DNA of 64,000 bases from Bacilli bacterium. Lineage in GTDB: Bacteria > Bacillota_I > Bacilli_A > RF39 > UBA660. Under the pieces are notes generated by a model that was given only the letters and a program-made list of their open reading frames with translations, made no database searches and was not told the origin of the DNA. This document shows positions 28,878 through 38,500 of this stretch, in pieces. Location: the NCBI GenBank assembly GCA_017541325.1, contig JAFXZI010000014.1:45741-109740 (forward strand). The letters run 5' to 3'. A program made the translations under genes and the position numbers. Within the stretch, counting starts at the first letter, position 1; each line of letters begins with the position of its first letter.

Positions 28878-29288
28878 TCTTTTTTTTTCATTTAAAATAT
28901 CAATTGTTAATTGGTCTAATTCACCATGATAGTACTTATCTAATACTTTTTTATATATTTCTTCATTACTAGCTAAATAAAATAAAGTCATTGAAGATCT
29001 TAATTTTAAAGAATCGACTGTTCCAAAAATATTTATAGGATTTGATGTATCTAACTTCAATAATTCACTACAAATATTTTCTAAATTATTTCTTAAATAA
29101 TCATTATCTAAATACTCTTTAGCTTCATCTAAATCGTTAATTGCATATTCTATAGAAGTAGCTGTTTGTCCAAGGCCTTTTATTTGTGGAAAAATATACC
29201 ACATCCAATGTGTTTCTTTTTTTCCATTTTTAATCTCACTTAAAGCTTGATTATATTTTTGTTTTTGTATTTCTATAAATCTTTCCAT
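28866..29288 (-). CDS. DUF1810-family protein
   Basis: 140 aa. HWMWYIFPQ motif characteristic of DUF1810. Confidence 0.6.
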   Translation of the reverse strand: MERFIEIQKQKYNQALSEIKNGKKETHWMWYIFPQIKGLGQTATSIEYAINDLDEAKEYLDNDYLRNNLENICSELLKLDTSNPINIFGTVDSLKLRSSMTLFYLASNEEIYKKVLDKYYHGELDQLTIDILNEKKRLFI

Positions 29289-29291
29289 ATC

Positions 29292-29963
29292 TTAAATAAA
29301 ACTACTCTTTTTTCTTTCATTTAAGAATAATATTCCTGTATATAATACAGATAAAAGAAATAAAGAAATAATAATTCCACCAATAATATCAGTAAACCAA
29401 TGTACTCCAGATAATGTTCTTCCTACTACAATTAATATCATTACTATTAAAGATATAGTATCTATATATTTTTTTGTTTTTAAATTAGTTATAAAATACT
29501 TACTAGTTAAAAGTGAACTTCCACAAAAACATAAAGCTAAAATAGTATGACTAGATGGAAATGATGCTTCAAGTTCTCCATCTATTATTACTGGTCTATA
29601 GTTAATAGCTAATTTTTCAAATAAAATATATACTAGTAATACTACTACATAAAAACATCCTAATAATATTAACTTCTTATTTACTTTAAATAAACTTTTC
29701 TTTTGAATTAACTCATATAATCCTATTAATGCATACATTACAACTAATAGTATTGGTACTACTCCAAGATATTTAGTTAATTTATATAAAATATCATTAT
29801 AACCAAATACTTTATGAAAAGATTCATTAATTGTACTTAAACCGACACTAGTATTATTTGGTCCGATTGTTCTAACATCAACATTTTTAATTACTATAAT
29901 ATATAAAATAGATATTATAAGTAAAAATAAACTAATAATTAAAAAAACATATTTCTTTTTCAT
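29292..29963 (-). CDS. PAP2-family phosphatase (membrane)
   Basis: 223 aa, polytopic. PAP2 motifs PSSHT and SGVHWFTDIIGG. Confidence 0.7.
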   Translation of the reverse strand: MKKKYVFLIISLFLLIISILYIIVIKNVDVRTIGPNNTSVGLSTINESFHKVFGYNDILYKLTKYLGVVPILLVVMYALIGLYELIQKKSLFKVNKKLILLGCFYVVVLLVYILFEKLAINYRPVIIDGELEASFPSSHTILALCFCGSSLLTSKYFITNLKTKKYIDTISLIVMILIVVGRTLSGVHWFTDIIGGIIISLFLLSVLYTGILFLNERKKSSFI

Positions 29964-30011
29964 ATATCCTCCAACTCTAAAATAAGTATATCACAAAATA
30001 ATAAAAAAGAA

Positions 30012-30383
30012 CTAAGAGTTCTTCATATCATTATCAATCCATTTCATTATTAATAAAACTAAATAGTTAATTTGATTATCTGTTAGTTCTACTCCTTTTT
30101 CTATATGATGCCATTTATATAGGCAAGATCTACAACAACATCCGGTAGCATGTTGAGCGATAAATACTGGATGATTTTTCATTGGAGTTTGTTTACCATC
30201 ATTTATAGGATTTTCTGGTTTTAGATTTTTGTTTAAAAAATCATAAGCATGAACACTTATCTTAGAATATCCTTTTTCTTTAACATATTCCTTCATCTTT
30301 TTATTAAGATGAAAACTACTTCTAAATTTAGATTTAGATAATTCTTCTAACTTATTATTAATGATTGCTTCTTTATTATTCAT
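30012..30383 (-). CDS. DUF4186-family protein
   Basis: 123 aa. HATGCCCRSCLYKWH Cys-cluster resembling DUF4186. Confidence 0.45.
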   Translation of the reverse strand: MNNKEAIINNKLEELSKSKFRSSFHLNKKMKEYVKEKGYSKISVHAYDFLNKNLKPENPINDGKQTPMKNHPVFIAQHATGCCCRSCLYKWHHIEKGVELTDNQINYLVLLIMKWIDNDMKNS

Positions 30384-30384
30384 A

Positions 30385-30579
30385 TTAACTAATTACTTTT
30401 AAGAATATTAGAATAACAGATAAAACAGCAATTAATCCAGTTAGAATCATAGATATATCAATTCTAATAGATAATCCCTTTTTATTATCTTTATTCTTTT
30501 TAAAATATCTTATAAATTCTAAATAAGATAATAGATTTAATACTATTAAAGTAATAATTACAATCATTAATATTTTCAT
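30385..30579 (-). CDS. Small two-TM membrane protein (64 aa)
   Basis: Two hydrophobic helices separated by a basic loop. Tightly packed between neighbouring genes. Confidence 0.35.
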   Translation of the reverse strand: MKILMIVIITLIVLNLLSYLEFIRYFKKNKDNKKGLSIRIDISMILTGLIAVLSVILIFLKVIS

Positions 30580-30587
30580 TAGTCCTC

Positions 30588-31526
30588 CTATAGTCTAATT
30601 AATCCTTTTTGAGGATCTTTCTTTTTCTCAAATCCATCTACAGAGTAGTCTCTTTCAGTATCATAATAGAAGAAATATGATTTATCTTTTGCTTTTATAA
30701 CACAAAAATCATCTAATTTTAAATGTTTTTTTCCATAAACAAAACTATCATAATCTTCTTGAGTAAAATCATCTAATAAAACCATATATGGAGCTTTACC
30801 ACAAAAAGAACCAGCCTCGTTATATACATCTACTCCATTAGCCATATCAAGCAAACTATAATCATCTTGTTTATAAGCAGCCATTGAAAAATTATGAACT
30901 TCTCCATCTACTTTTCCACATAAAAAAATAGTAGAAAAATCAAATAGACATAAAATATTAGAAGTCATTGCCGAGTATTCAGTACACATTGCTGCACCAT
31001 TACCTTTATAATCACTTATTCCATGTCCTAGTTTAGGTTCGATATATTTTCCGTCTTTATCAACTAAAACAGTATGCATTTCTTCTCTTGTTATTCCGTT
31101 TATCTTAAAAGCACCCAAATAACTATATAAAAAATCAAATACTATTGGTATCAATTTATATGGACTACTTAAAACTGGTTTTAAATCTCTTAAATAAAGA
31201 CAAAAATCTTTTAGATAGTCTTCACTATCCATATAAAAGTATCTTCCTTTATTACTACCAAAACCACTTCTTCCATCAAGTTCTCCACCATAAACTATTT
31301 TCATACCTTTAGGTATATAATCTATCCAATTATTTATAATATTAAAATTAACTTCTTTATGTTCTGGATCTTTAAATACTTGATGATCAAGCTCTATTTC
31401 ATATCCAATAACATCATAATGTCCATTATAAGTTATAGATGCATTTGTTAATTCTTGTATTCTTGTAGTTAGAATCTCATCTAATTCTTCATCTTTACAA
31501 TTAAGAATCCTTTCCAAAAAATCCAT
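30588..31526 (-). CDS. Hypothetical protein (312 aa) with conserved-looking Cys/His cluster
   Basis: Soluble ORF. Segment KGNGAAMCTEYSAMTSNILCLFDF...H is suggestive of a thiol-enzyme fold but cannot be assigned. Confidence 0.4.
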   Translation of the reverse strand: MDFLERILNCKDEELDEILTTRIQELTNASITYNGHYDVIGYEIELDHQVFKDPEHKEVNFNIINNWIDYIPKGMKIVYGGELDGRSGFGSNKGRYFYMDSEDYLKDFCLYLRDLKPVLSSPYKLIPIVFDFLYSYLGAFKINGITREEMHTVLVDKDGKYIEPKLGHGISDYKGNGAAMCTEYSAMTSNILCLFDFSTIFLCGKVDGEVHNFSMAAYKQDDYSLLDMANGVDVYNEAGSFCGKAPYMVLLDDFTQEDYDSFVYGKKHLKLDDFCVIKAKDKSYFFYYDTERDYSVDGFEKKKDPQKGLIRL

Positions 31527-31544
31527 AACCCCACCTCTAAATAA

Positions 31545-31892
31545 TTAGTCTTTTTTCATAAAATTAATTAATTCTAAATCAGGATCATCTTTTTGATGAT
31601 ATTCCTCTCTAGTTTTTTCATATAATCCATTTAATCTTTTACTTATAAAAATATCTATTTGTCTATCAGTTAATCTTTTTTCTTTATTAAGAAGTTTTAT
31701 TTCATCTTCATCCATATCTTCTTCATAAAAACTATCTTTTAATAATCTTTTCATCTCTTCATCAGATAAACCTTTATATTTTAATTTATGTTCTTTACAC
31801 TCTAGAGTTAATTCTTTATGATTCATTTTATTTACTTGATCTCTGTAATCTCTAGCAAGTTTAAGTTCTAGTCCTCCCCATTTATCGTTCAT
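31545..31892 (-). CDS. Hypothetical charged protein (115 aa)
   Basis: K/E/D-rich, likely helical. Sits between radC and the 312-aa gene. Confidence 0.4.
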   Translation of the reverse strand: MNDKWGGLELKLARDYRDQVNKMNHKELTLECKEHKLKYKGLSDEEMKRLLKDSFYEEDMDEDEIKLLNKEKRLTDRQIDIFISKRLNGLYEKTREEYHQKDDPDLELINFMKKD

Positions 31893-31911
31893 ACTATCCC
31901 TCCTAAATCTA

Positions 31912-32574
31912 TTATAAACTATTTTTATTATCTAAAAAACTAAAATAAGTATTATTGCCAATAATTATATGATCTAGTACCGGTATATTTTGTACTTCTC
32001 CAATACCAATAATTGCTTGAGTAAGTTTAATATCTTCTCTTGATGGAGTAACATCTCCACTTGGATGATTATGAATACATATTATTCCTGATGCTGACAA
32101 TAAATAAGCATATTTAAATATTTCTCTAGGATGAACTACACTTTTATTAATAGTTCCAATAAATAATAATTTCTTATCTATTACAATATTCTTATTATTT
32201 AAATAAATACAATAAAAAAGTTCTTGTTTTTGATTATCAAACAAATACTTATAATTATTATAAATATCCATAGATCTTTTTATTTTAATAGAACTAATAC
32301 TAATATCACTATTTATTCTTTTAGATAGTTCTATTATAGCCATTACTTCTATTGCTTTTACTTTACCTATTCCTTTAATAGATAATAATTTGTTATATGT
32401 TAGATCTTTTAAATTACCTAAAAGTAATATTTCATTAGATAAATCTTTAACTGATTTATTCTTAGTACCACATCTAATAATAATAGATAGTAACTCTCCT
32501 GTTGATAATTTATCTATTCCGTCTATTAATGCTCTTTCTCTCGGTCTTTCAAGTATTGGTAATTCTTTTATCAT
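31912..32574 (-). CDS. radC: RadC-family (JAB/MPN) protein
   Basis: 220 aa. HNHPSG(D) JAMM-like motif (ICIHNHPSGDVTPSREDIKLT). Confidence 0.9.
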   Translation of the reverse strand: MIKELPILERPRERALIDGIDKLSTGELLSIIIRCGTKNKSVKDLSNEILLLGNLKDLTYNKLLSIKGIGKVKAIEVMAIIELSKRINSDISISSIKIKRSMDIYNNYKYLFDNQKQELFYCIYLNNKNIVIDKKLLFIGTINKSVVHPREIFKYAYLLSASGIICIHNHPSGDVTPSREDIKLTQAIIGIGEVQNIPVLDHIIIGNNTYFSFLDNKNSL

Positions 32575-32663
32575 AATTCACCTCTATTAGTATTATTATC
32601 TTTAAATACTAATTTTACTTATTTTATTTTTAAAGTATAATATTAGAAAAAGGAGGAATTCTT

Positions 32664-33764
32664 ATGAAAACTATTGGTATTATTTGTGAATATAATCCAT
32701 TTCATAATGGTCATATTTATCATATTAATAAAATAAAAGAATTATTTCCTGATTCTTTAATCGTTTTAGTAGTTACTAACAATTTTACTGAACGCGGAAG
32801 TATAAGCGTTTTAAATAAAAAAGAAAAAACAGAAATTGCTCTTAATCATAATATAGATTTAGTAGTAGAATTACCATTTAAATTTGCTTGTTCTAGTGCT
32901 GATACTTTTGCAGAAGGATCTATAAAAATACTTAAAGAATTAAAAGTAGATTATTTAGTCTTTGGTAGTGAATCAAATAATATAGATAAATTAATTAATC
33001 TAGCTAATATTCAATTAAAAAGCAAAGAGTATTCTAGTTTAGTTAAATCTTATCTAAAAGAAGGAATTAATTATCCAACTGCTTTATCTAAAGCATTAAA
33101 AGAAATAACAAATACAACTGTTGAAGAACCAAATGATCTATTAGGTCTTTCTTATGTTAAAGAAATAATTAAACAAAAAACAAATATTAACGCAATAACT
33201 ATAAAAAGAAGTAATGATTATCACAAAAGTTCTACAGATATTAGAAATAGTTTAAATAAAAATAGTATAAAAGAATTTGTTCCTGATGATGTATACAAAG
33301 TACTTAAGAATAAAAAAGATATTGATTACTTTAAATATATAAAATATAAAATATTAACAGATAAAGATTTATCTATATATTTAGATGTAGATGAAGGTAT
33401 AGAAAATAGATTATTAAAATATATAAATGAGTGTAATAATTTAGATGATTTTATAAAACATATAAAGACCAAAAGATATACTTATAATAAGATTAATAGA
33501 ATGTTAATACATATATTAACTTCTTATACAAAAATAGATAATAATACAAATTTAGATTATATTAGAATACTCGGATTTAATAAATTAGGAAAAGAATACT
33601 TAAATAAGATAAAGAAAGATATTAATGTACCAGTAATAACTAATATAAAAAAGAAAGATGAAGTATTATTAAATACAGATATTAAAGTAGAAAAAATATA
33701 TAGTTTAATAACAAATAATGATCTTAATAGTTATAAAGATCCAGTAATATATTTAGATAAATAA
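32664..33764 (+). CDS. tmcAL: tRNA(Met) cytidine acetate ligase TmcAL (YlbM family nucleotidyltransferase)
   Basis: 366 aa. MKTIGIICEYNPFHNGHIYHI matches the TmcAL/YlbM N-terminal HxGH nucleotidyltransferase motif. RBS AAGGAGG. Confidence 0.8.
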   Translation: MKTIGIICEYNPFHNGHIYHINKIKELFPDSLIVLVVTNNFTERGSISVLNKKEKTEIALNHNIDLVVELPFKFACSSADTFAEGSIKILKELKVDYLVFGSESNNIDKLINLANIQLKSKEYSSLVKSYLKEGINYPTALSKALKEITNTTVEEPNDLLGLSYVKEIIKQKTNINAITIKRSNDYHKSSTDIRNSLNKNSIKEFVPDDVYKVLKNKKDIDYFKYIKYKILTDKDLSIYLDVDEGIENRLLKYINECNNLDDFIKHIKTKRYTYNKINRMLIHILTSYTKIDNNTNLDYIRILGFNKLGKEYLNKIKKDINVPVITNIKKKDEVLLNTDIKVEKIYSLITNNDLNSYKDPVIYLDK

Positions 33765-33792
33765 AAAAAGGAAGTTTAATTACTTCCTTTTT
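33765..33792. terminator. Bidirectional intrinsic terminator between convergent tmcAL and the pilin-HYR gene
   Basis: AAAAAGGAAGT-ttaatt-ACTTCCTTTTT perfect 11-bp palindrome flanked by A-run and T-run. Confidence 0.65.
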
Positions 33793-33796
33793 ATTA

Positions 33797-36700
33797 TTAA
33801 TAGTAAACAGTTGCTCCGTTACATGCTACATCTCCATAAGAAGCTGTACATGAGCTTGTTGGATAATATGTACCTGTTCCTGACCAACCATTCCATATTT
33901 TACATCCCCAAGCTGCACTATAACATGATTTTGCACATGTATCACATACAAACTCGGTTGTAGATTGATAATGACATGTACAGAATTGTTGTGAATCATC
34001 AGTACCTGTTCCTGTATCAGAACAAGAACATACGTGAGGACTACAGAACGCTCTACATCTTGCTTCAGCTCCTGTACCTCTAAAGGCATTGTCTATTGTT
34101 TTTCCAACACAGTTACAATCTTCTGTTCCACATACACTTGAACTTGGTCCACCCCAATTATGTTGATAACATGTATTCTTTTGATACATATATGCTGATG
34201 ATACAGATACAGTACAACTATTTGTTAGCCCTGCACCGTTTGTACATGTATATGTTTTATCAGATGTTTGATTAGTATTTGAGAAAGAAGCTGTTACAAC
34301 ACCACTTGTACCGTCTGCACATGTTGCTCCTGTTGTTACCCCATTTGAATGATATTGATGGGATTTACTTGGTGTACATGACGGAACAGATGCATCTCTC
34401 TTAAATTTTATTGAACATGTATTAGTGTTTCCAGCATTATCTTTTATATGTCCTGTATATGTTACACTTTTTGTATCAGTAGTATGTGATGCTGTTTTGC
34501 TTCCAGTTACTGAATCTATTCCATATGATGCTGTTCCACTTAAGTCATCTCCAGTATTACCTTTTCCACTTACAAAGCTAACACTTACATTTGATGTATA
34601 CCAATTATCATTTCCAACTGTTCCAGATGTAGTTAACTTACAATATGGTTTTGTTTTATCTAGTTTAAACCAAATCTCACATTTATTTGTTCTTCCTGCT
34701 TTATCCTTTATATATCCATAATATGTTATTCCTGATGTTGTTGTATTAGTAGATTGTGTTTTCTTTGTGCTTTTATTATAACTTGGCGTTGCTGATGTTG
34801 TTATATCCCATGATGCTTTATCACTCATTGAATTATCTTTTTTAACATCTTCATATTTTTTAAATGTTACATCTACATTTCCTTCTTTATACCAATTATT
34901 ATCTCCTTTAGTACCAGTAAGTTGTAATTCACATGTAGGATTTTGTGAATCTTTTTTAACTACACTACTACAATCTTTTAAGTTTCCAGCATTATCTCTT
35001 ACATATCCATACCATGTATGACTTGTTGTATCTTTTGTTTGAGTTCCTGTATCATTTCCATTATATTCTAATCCACTTGAATTTTTTAATCCATAGTTTC
35101 TTGTTCCTGATTTTGTATATTTATTTGCAATTTCAGCATTATCATCTTTTGTTAATTTAACTGGAACATTTTCCCAGAAATAATCATTTTCATGTCTTAC
35201 GACTCTATCACTACCAAATGTTATTGTACATTTTGGCTCTGTTTTATCTATATTTGTTATTTCTCTTGTTTCTGGTAAACTTTCATTTCCTGATGTATCT
35301 TTTACTTTCATTATTACTGTTGCAAGAGTTGGATAAGTATAACTATTATCTTTTTGCCATGGATTATTATCAAATTTGTAGTCTCCTCTTCCTGATACTG
35401 AGTCTGTTGCATTTATATATAATGTTACATCTCTATTTGTATAATATCCTACTGTATCATCTCTTGTTAATAATTCTATTCTTGTTACATTATTTAACTC
35501 TGTTGCACTTGCAAATGATATTTCTAAATTACTAAATGAAGTTGGAGTTGCAAAATAGTTTCTTGCCTTTGATGTTGATGTTGGAATTGTTACAGTTAAT
35601 GTTTTATTTTTTACTGTATCTTTTATTGTTGCAGTTCCACCCTTTCCTGATGCCATATATACATATACTCCATATATATTACCGTACTCACCAGTTATGC
35701 TCGTTAAACTAATTTTTGTTGATGTTTTAGAAGCAAGTAAATCAGCTTTATCTTTTTCTGTACCTACTCCATATACTACTGTTCCATAGTCTATTGATTT
35801 AATAACTGGAATTACTGGATCATATGGAATTTCTCTATAACATGTTCCTACATTTCCAGCATTATCTTTTACATATCCATATACTGTTGTTATACCATCT
35901 TGTACTTCATATTCTGTTTCTTTATTAAAGTCGTAATTACTTCTACTAACTCCCATTCCATATGTTGCAATTCCACTTGTATCTCTTTCATCTACTTTTA
36001 ATTTAACTACTGGTCTTGGACTTGCTTTATACCATCCATTTTCCCCCATAGTTCCTTCAACTTCTAATGTACATTTTGGTGGTGTTTTATCAATATAAAC
36101 ATCTACTGGACACGCATTTGTTTTTCCAGCATTATCGGCAATTGTTATTGTTCCAGTTTCTCCTTCTTCAGTGAACTTCTTTGTAAACGTATCTTGAACA
36201 CATCCTGTACAATTATCACTACATCCAATAGTTATAGTTCTATCTTTATTTGTCCACACTTTAGAATCTCCTTGTGCAACACCACAAAGAGGAGGTTCAT
36301 CATCCATTTCTTCAGTACAAACACGTTGTGGTGGAATTCTTTTACTTAAATCTTCACATTTTCCTGATTGATAATCTCCACAAACTAAACATACTTCATA
36401 TGATAAATTTGTTATGTTTGGTCCTTCATTTTTAACTAAAACGAAACTTTGGAAAGGATCACAATCTTTAGAATCATCTTTAGGATCTCTTAACTTATTT
36501 GAATATCCTGTAGATATTAATTCTGATAAAGTTACTTTTTTATACTTATCTACTCCAGGAATGCAAATAGTATCATTTTTTTCTACACATTCAGTCATTA
36601 GATTTTGTGCAGAAACCTTCATATCAGCTTCATACATTTTATAAGTATTATTTCTTGTATCAATTATGTACCTTGAAATAGCAGGGAATAATAAACCCAT

Positions 36701-36943
36701 TAATAAACCTAGCAATACTACTACTGCTAGCATTTCTATCAAAGTAAAACCAAAACCAATTGTACCATTCTTTTTTTCATGTTTCTTTGGAGTTTGGTCT
36801 TTTCTTTTTATATTTGTTTGTAAAACTTTAATATCTTTTTTAGGTTTTTTAGTAGTTTTTGCTTCATTAGTAACCTTTTTTGTAATCTTTTTATTGTTAA
36901 TACTACTACTTTGTCCCCTTTTTTTAGTTTTATTCTCACTCAT
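33797..36943 (-). CDS. Giant type IV pilin-like protein: 64-aa polybasic leader, class-III G^FTLIEM motif, about 5 HYR/Ig-like repeats, Cys-rich C-terminal domain
   Basis: 1048 aa. GGTGAT RBS before the first ATG. ...KKNGTIGFG^FTLIEMLAVVVLLGLLMGLLFP. Repeated blocks of about 90 aa ending (Y)G(Y/H)(V/I)KD(N/K)AGNxxxC...DKTxPxC(T/E)L, matching the HYR consensus. Last 200 aa contain over 30 Cys. Confidence 0.65.
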   Translation of the reverse strand: MSENKTKKRGQSSSINNKKITKKVTNEAKTTKKPKKDIKVLQTNIKRKDQTPKKHEKKNGTIGFGFTLIEMLAVVVLLGLLMGLLFPAISRYIIDTRNNTYKMYEADMKVSAQNLMTECVEKNDTICIPGVDKYKKVTLSELISTGYSNKLRDPKDDSKDCDPFQSFVLVKNEGPNITNLSYEVCLVCGDYQSGKCEDLSKRIPPQRVCTEEMDDEPPLCGVAQGDSKVWTNKDRTITIGCSDNCTGCVQDTFTKKFTEEGETGTITIADNAGKTNACPVDVYIDKTPPKCTLEVEGTMGENGWYKASPRPVVKLKVDERDTSGIATYGMGVSRSNYDFNKETEYEVQDGITTVYGYVKDNAGNVGTCYREIPYDPVIPVIKSIDYGTVVYGVGTEKDKADLLASKTSTKISLTSITGEYGNIYGVYVYMASGKGGTATIKDTVKNKTLTVTIPTSTSKARNYFATPTSFSNLEISFASATELNNVTRIELLTRDDTVGYYTNRDVTLYINATDSVSGRGDYKFDNNPWQKDNSYTYPTLATVIMKVKDTSGNESLPETREITNIDKTEPKCTITFGSDRVVRHENDYFWENVPVKLTKDDNAEIANKYTKSGTRNYGLKNSSGLEYNGNDTGTQTKDTTSHTWYGYVRDNAGNLKDCSSVVKKDSQNPTCELQLTGTKGDNNWYKEGNVDVTFKKYEDVKKDNSMSDKASWDITTSATPSYNKSTKKTQSTNTTTSGITYYGYIKDKAGRTNKCEIWFKLDKTKPYCKLTTSGTVGNDNWYTSNVSVSFVSGKGNTGDDLSGTASYGIDSVTGSKTASHTTDTKSVTYTGHIKDNAGNTNTCSIKFKRDASVPSCTPSKSHQYHSNGVTTGATCADGTSGVVTASFSNTNQTSDKTYTCTNGAGLTNSCTVSVSSAYMYQKNTCYQHNWGGPSSSVCGTEDCNCVGKTIDNAFRGTGAEARCRAFCSPHVCSCSDTGTGTDDSQQFCTCHYQSTTEFVCDTCAKSCYSAAWGCKIWNGWSGTGTYYPTSSCTASYGDVACNGATVYY

Positions 36944-36999
36944 AGTATCACCTACTATAACAATTATATCAAAAATAGTATAAAAAAAGAAATATAATA

Positions 37000-38430
37000 T
37001 TATATTTCTTCTATTTTTATAAAATTAGTTTCATTTGGCTTACCACGTCTATGAATTCCACCTGTAATAATTATTACATCACCTTTTTCTAAGTCTAAAA
37101 TCTTTTGAGAAGTTTTACGTGATATTTCAGTTAATTCATTAAAATCATCAACTACTGGAACCACTACTGGTATAACACCAAAAGCAAGAGATAGTTTTCT
37201 CGCAACATCTTCTGTTGGAGTTGGTGCAACAATAATTGGTTTTGGTTTTAAATTACTCATTACTCTTGCACTATGTCCTCCCATAGTAGGAACTACTACT
37301 GCTTTAGCATCAACTTCTGTAATACTTGCAACAACTGCTTTAGCTACAGCTGCAGTTATAGCTTTATCATGTTCATATTCAAAATAATAATCATAATCGT
37401 AATTATTTTCTGCTTCACGACAAATTCTACTCATATATGAAACTGCTTCAACCGGATGAAGACCTACTGTTGTTTCAGCACTAAGCATTACAGCATCACA
37501 TCCATCTAACACGGCATTAGCAACATCAGTTACTTCTGCTCTTGTTGGACGAGGTGCTTTTTCCATAGAAGCAAGCATTTCAGTAGCAACTATACATATT
37601 TTTCCTTTTTCACGACATTTTTGTACTAACATCTTTTGAATAATAGGTAATCTTTCAACAGGAATTTCTACTCCTAAATCTCCTCTTGCTACCATTATTC
37701 CATCTGATGAATCAATTATTTCATCAATGTTTTCTAGTGCTGTTTCGTTTTCTATTTTAGATATTATTTGCATTGTACTATTATTATTATCAAGAACTTC
37801 TCTAACTTTTAATATATCTTCTTTACTACTTACAAAAGAAAGTGCTATAAAGTCTCCATTTTTACTACAAGCATAAGTAATATCATTAAAATCGTTTTCA
37901 GACATAAACGGAAGATGAAGATCTCTTCCTGGAACTGATACTCCTTTATGAGATGATACTTCTCCACCACTAATTACCTTACATGTTATACCATCTTTTT
38001 CAACAGATACTACTTTTAAAACTATTAAACCATCATTTATTAAAACAGTATCATCTACTTTTATATTTTTAATAACTTCATTATGATTAACTAATAAACC
38101 ATTTTTAGTACCAATTGAACCTTTTTTTACAATACGGATATTTTCTCCTTCTACAAGATTAATACATCCATTTTCAACATCTAATAATCTAAAATCAGGT
38201 CCTTTTGTATCAAATAAAATACCAATTTGTTTTTTAGATTTTTCTCTTACTTTTTCAACTAGTTCTACTACTTTATCATATTCTTCATAAGTACCATGAG
38301 AAAAATTAACTCTTACTACGTCCATTCCTTCATTTACTAAACTTGTAAGAATTTCAACATTTTCAGTAGCTGGTCCAATACTAGCAATTATTTTAGTTCT
38401 TTTAATATCCATATTATCACCTATTATCAT
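37000..38430 (-). CDS. pyk: Pyruvate kinase
   Basis: 476 aa. TKIIASIGPATE, NFSHG, MVARGDLGVEIP motifs. Confidence 0.92.
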   Translation of the reverse strand: MIIGDNMDIKRTKIIASIGPATENVEILTSLVNEGMDVVRVNFSHGTYEEYDKVVELVEKVREKSKKQIGILFDTKGPDFRLLDVENGCINLVEGENIRIVKKGSIGTKNGLLVNHNEVIKNIKVDDTVLINDGLIVLKVVSVEKDGITCKVISGGEVSSHKGVSVPGRDLHLPFMSENDFNDITYACSKNGDFIALSFVSSKEDILKVREVLDNNNSTMQIISKIENETALENIDEIIDSSDGIMVARGDLGVEIPVERLPIIQKMLVQKCREKGKICIVATEMLASMEKAPRPTRAEVTDVANAVLDGCDAVMLSAETTVGLHPVEAVSYMSRICREAENNYDYDYYFEYEHDKAITAAVAKAVVASITEVDAKAVVVPTMGGHSARVMSNLKPKPIIVAPTPTEDVARKLSLAFGVIPVVVPVVDDFNELTEISRKTSQKILDLEKGDVIIITGGIHRRGKPNETNFIKIEEI

Positions 38431-38500
38431 TATATATCATTTATTACAAAAACAATTTAAAAAGAAGAATCTACTTGTAAAAATTGACATAAAAAAGGAC

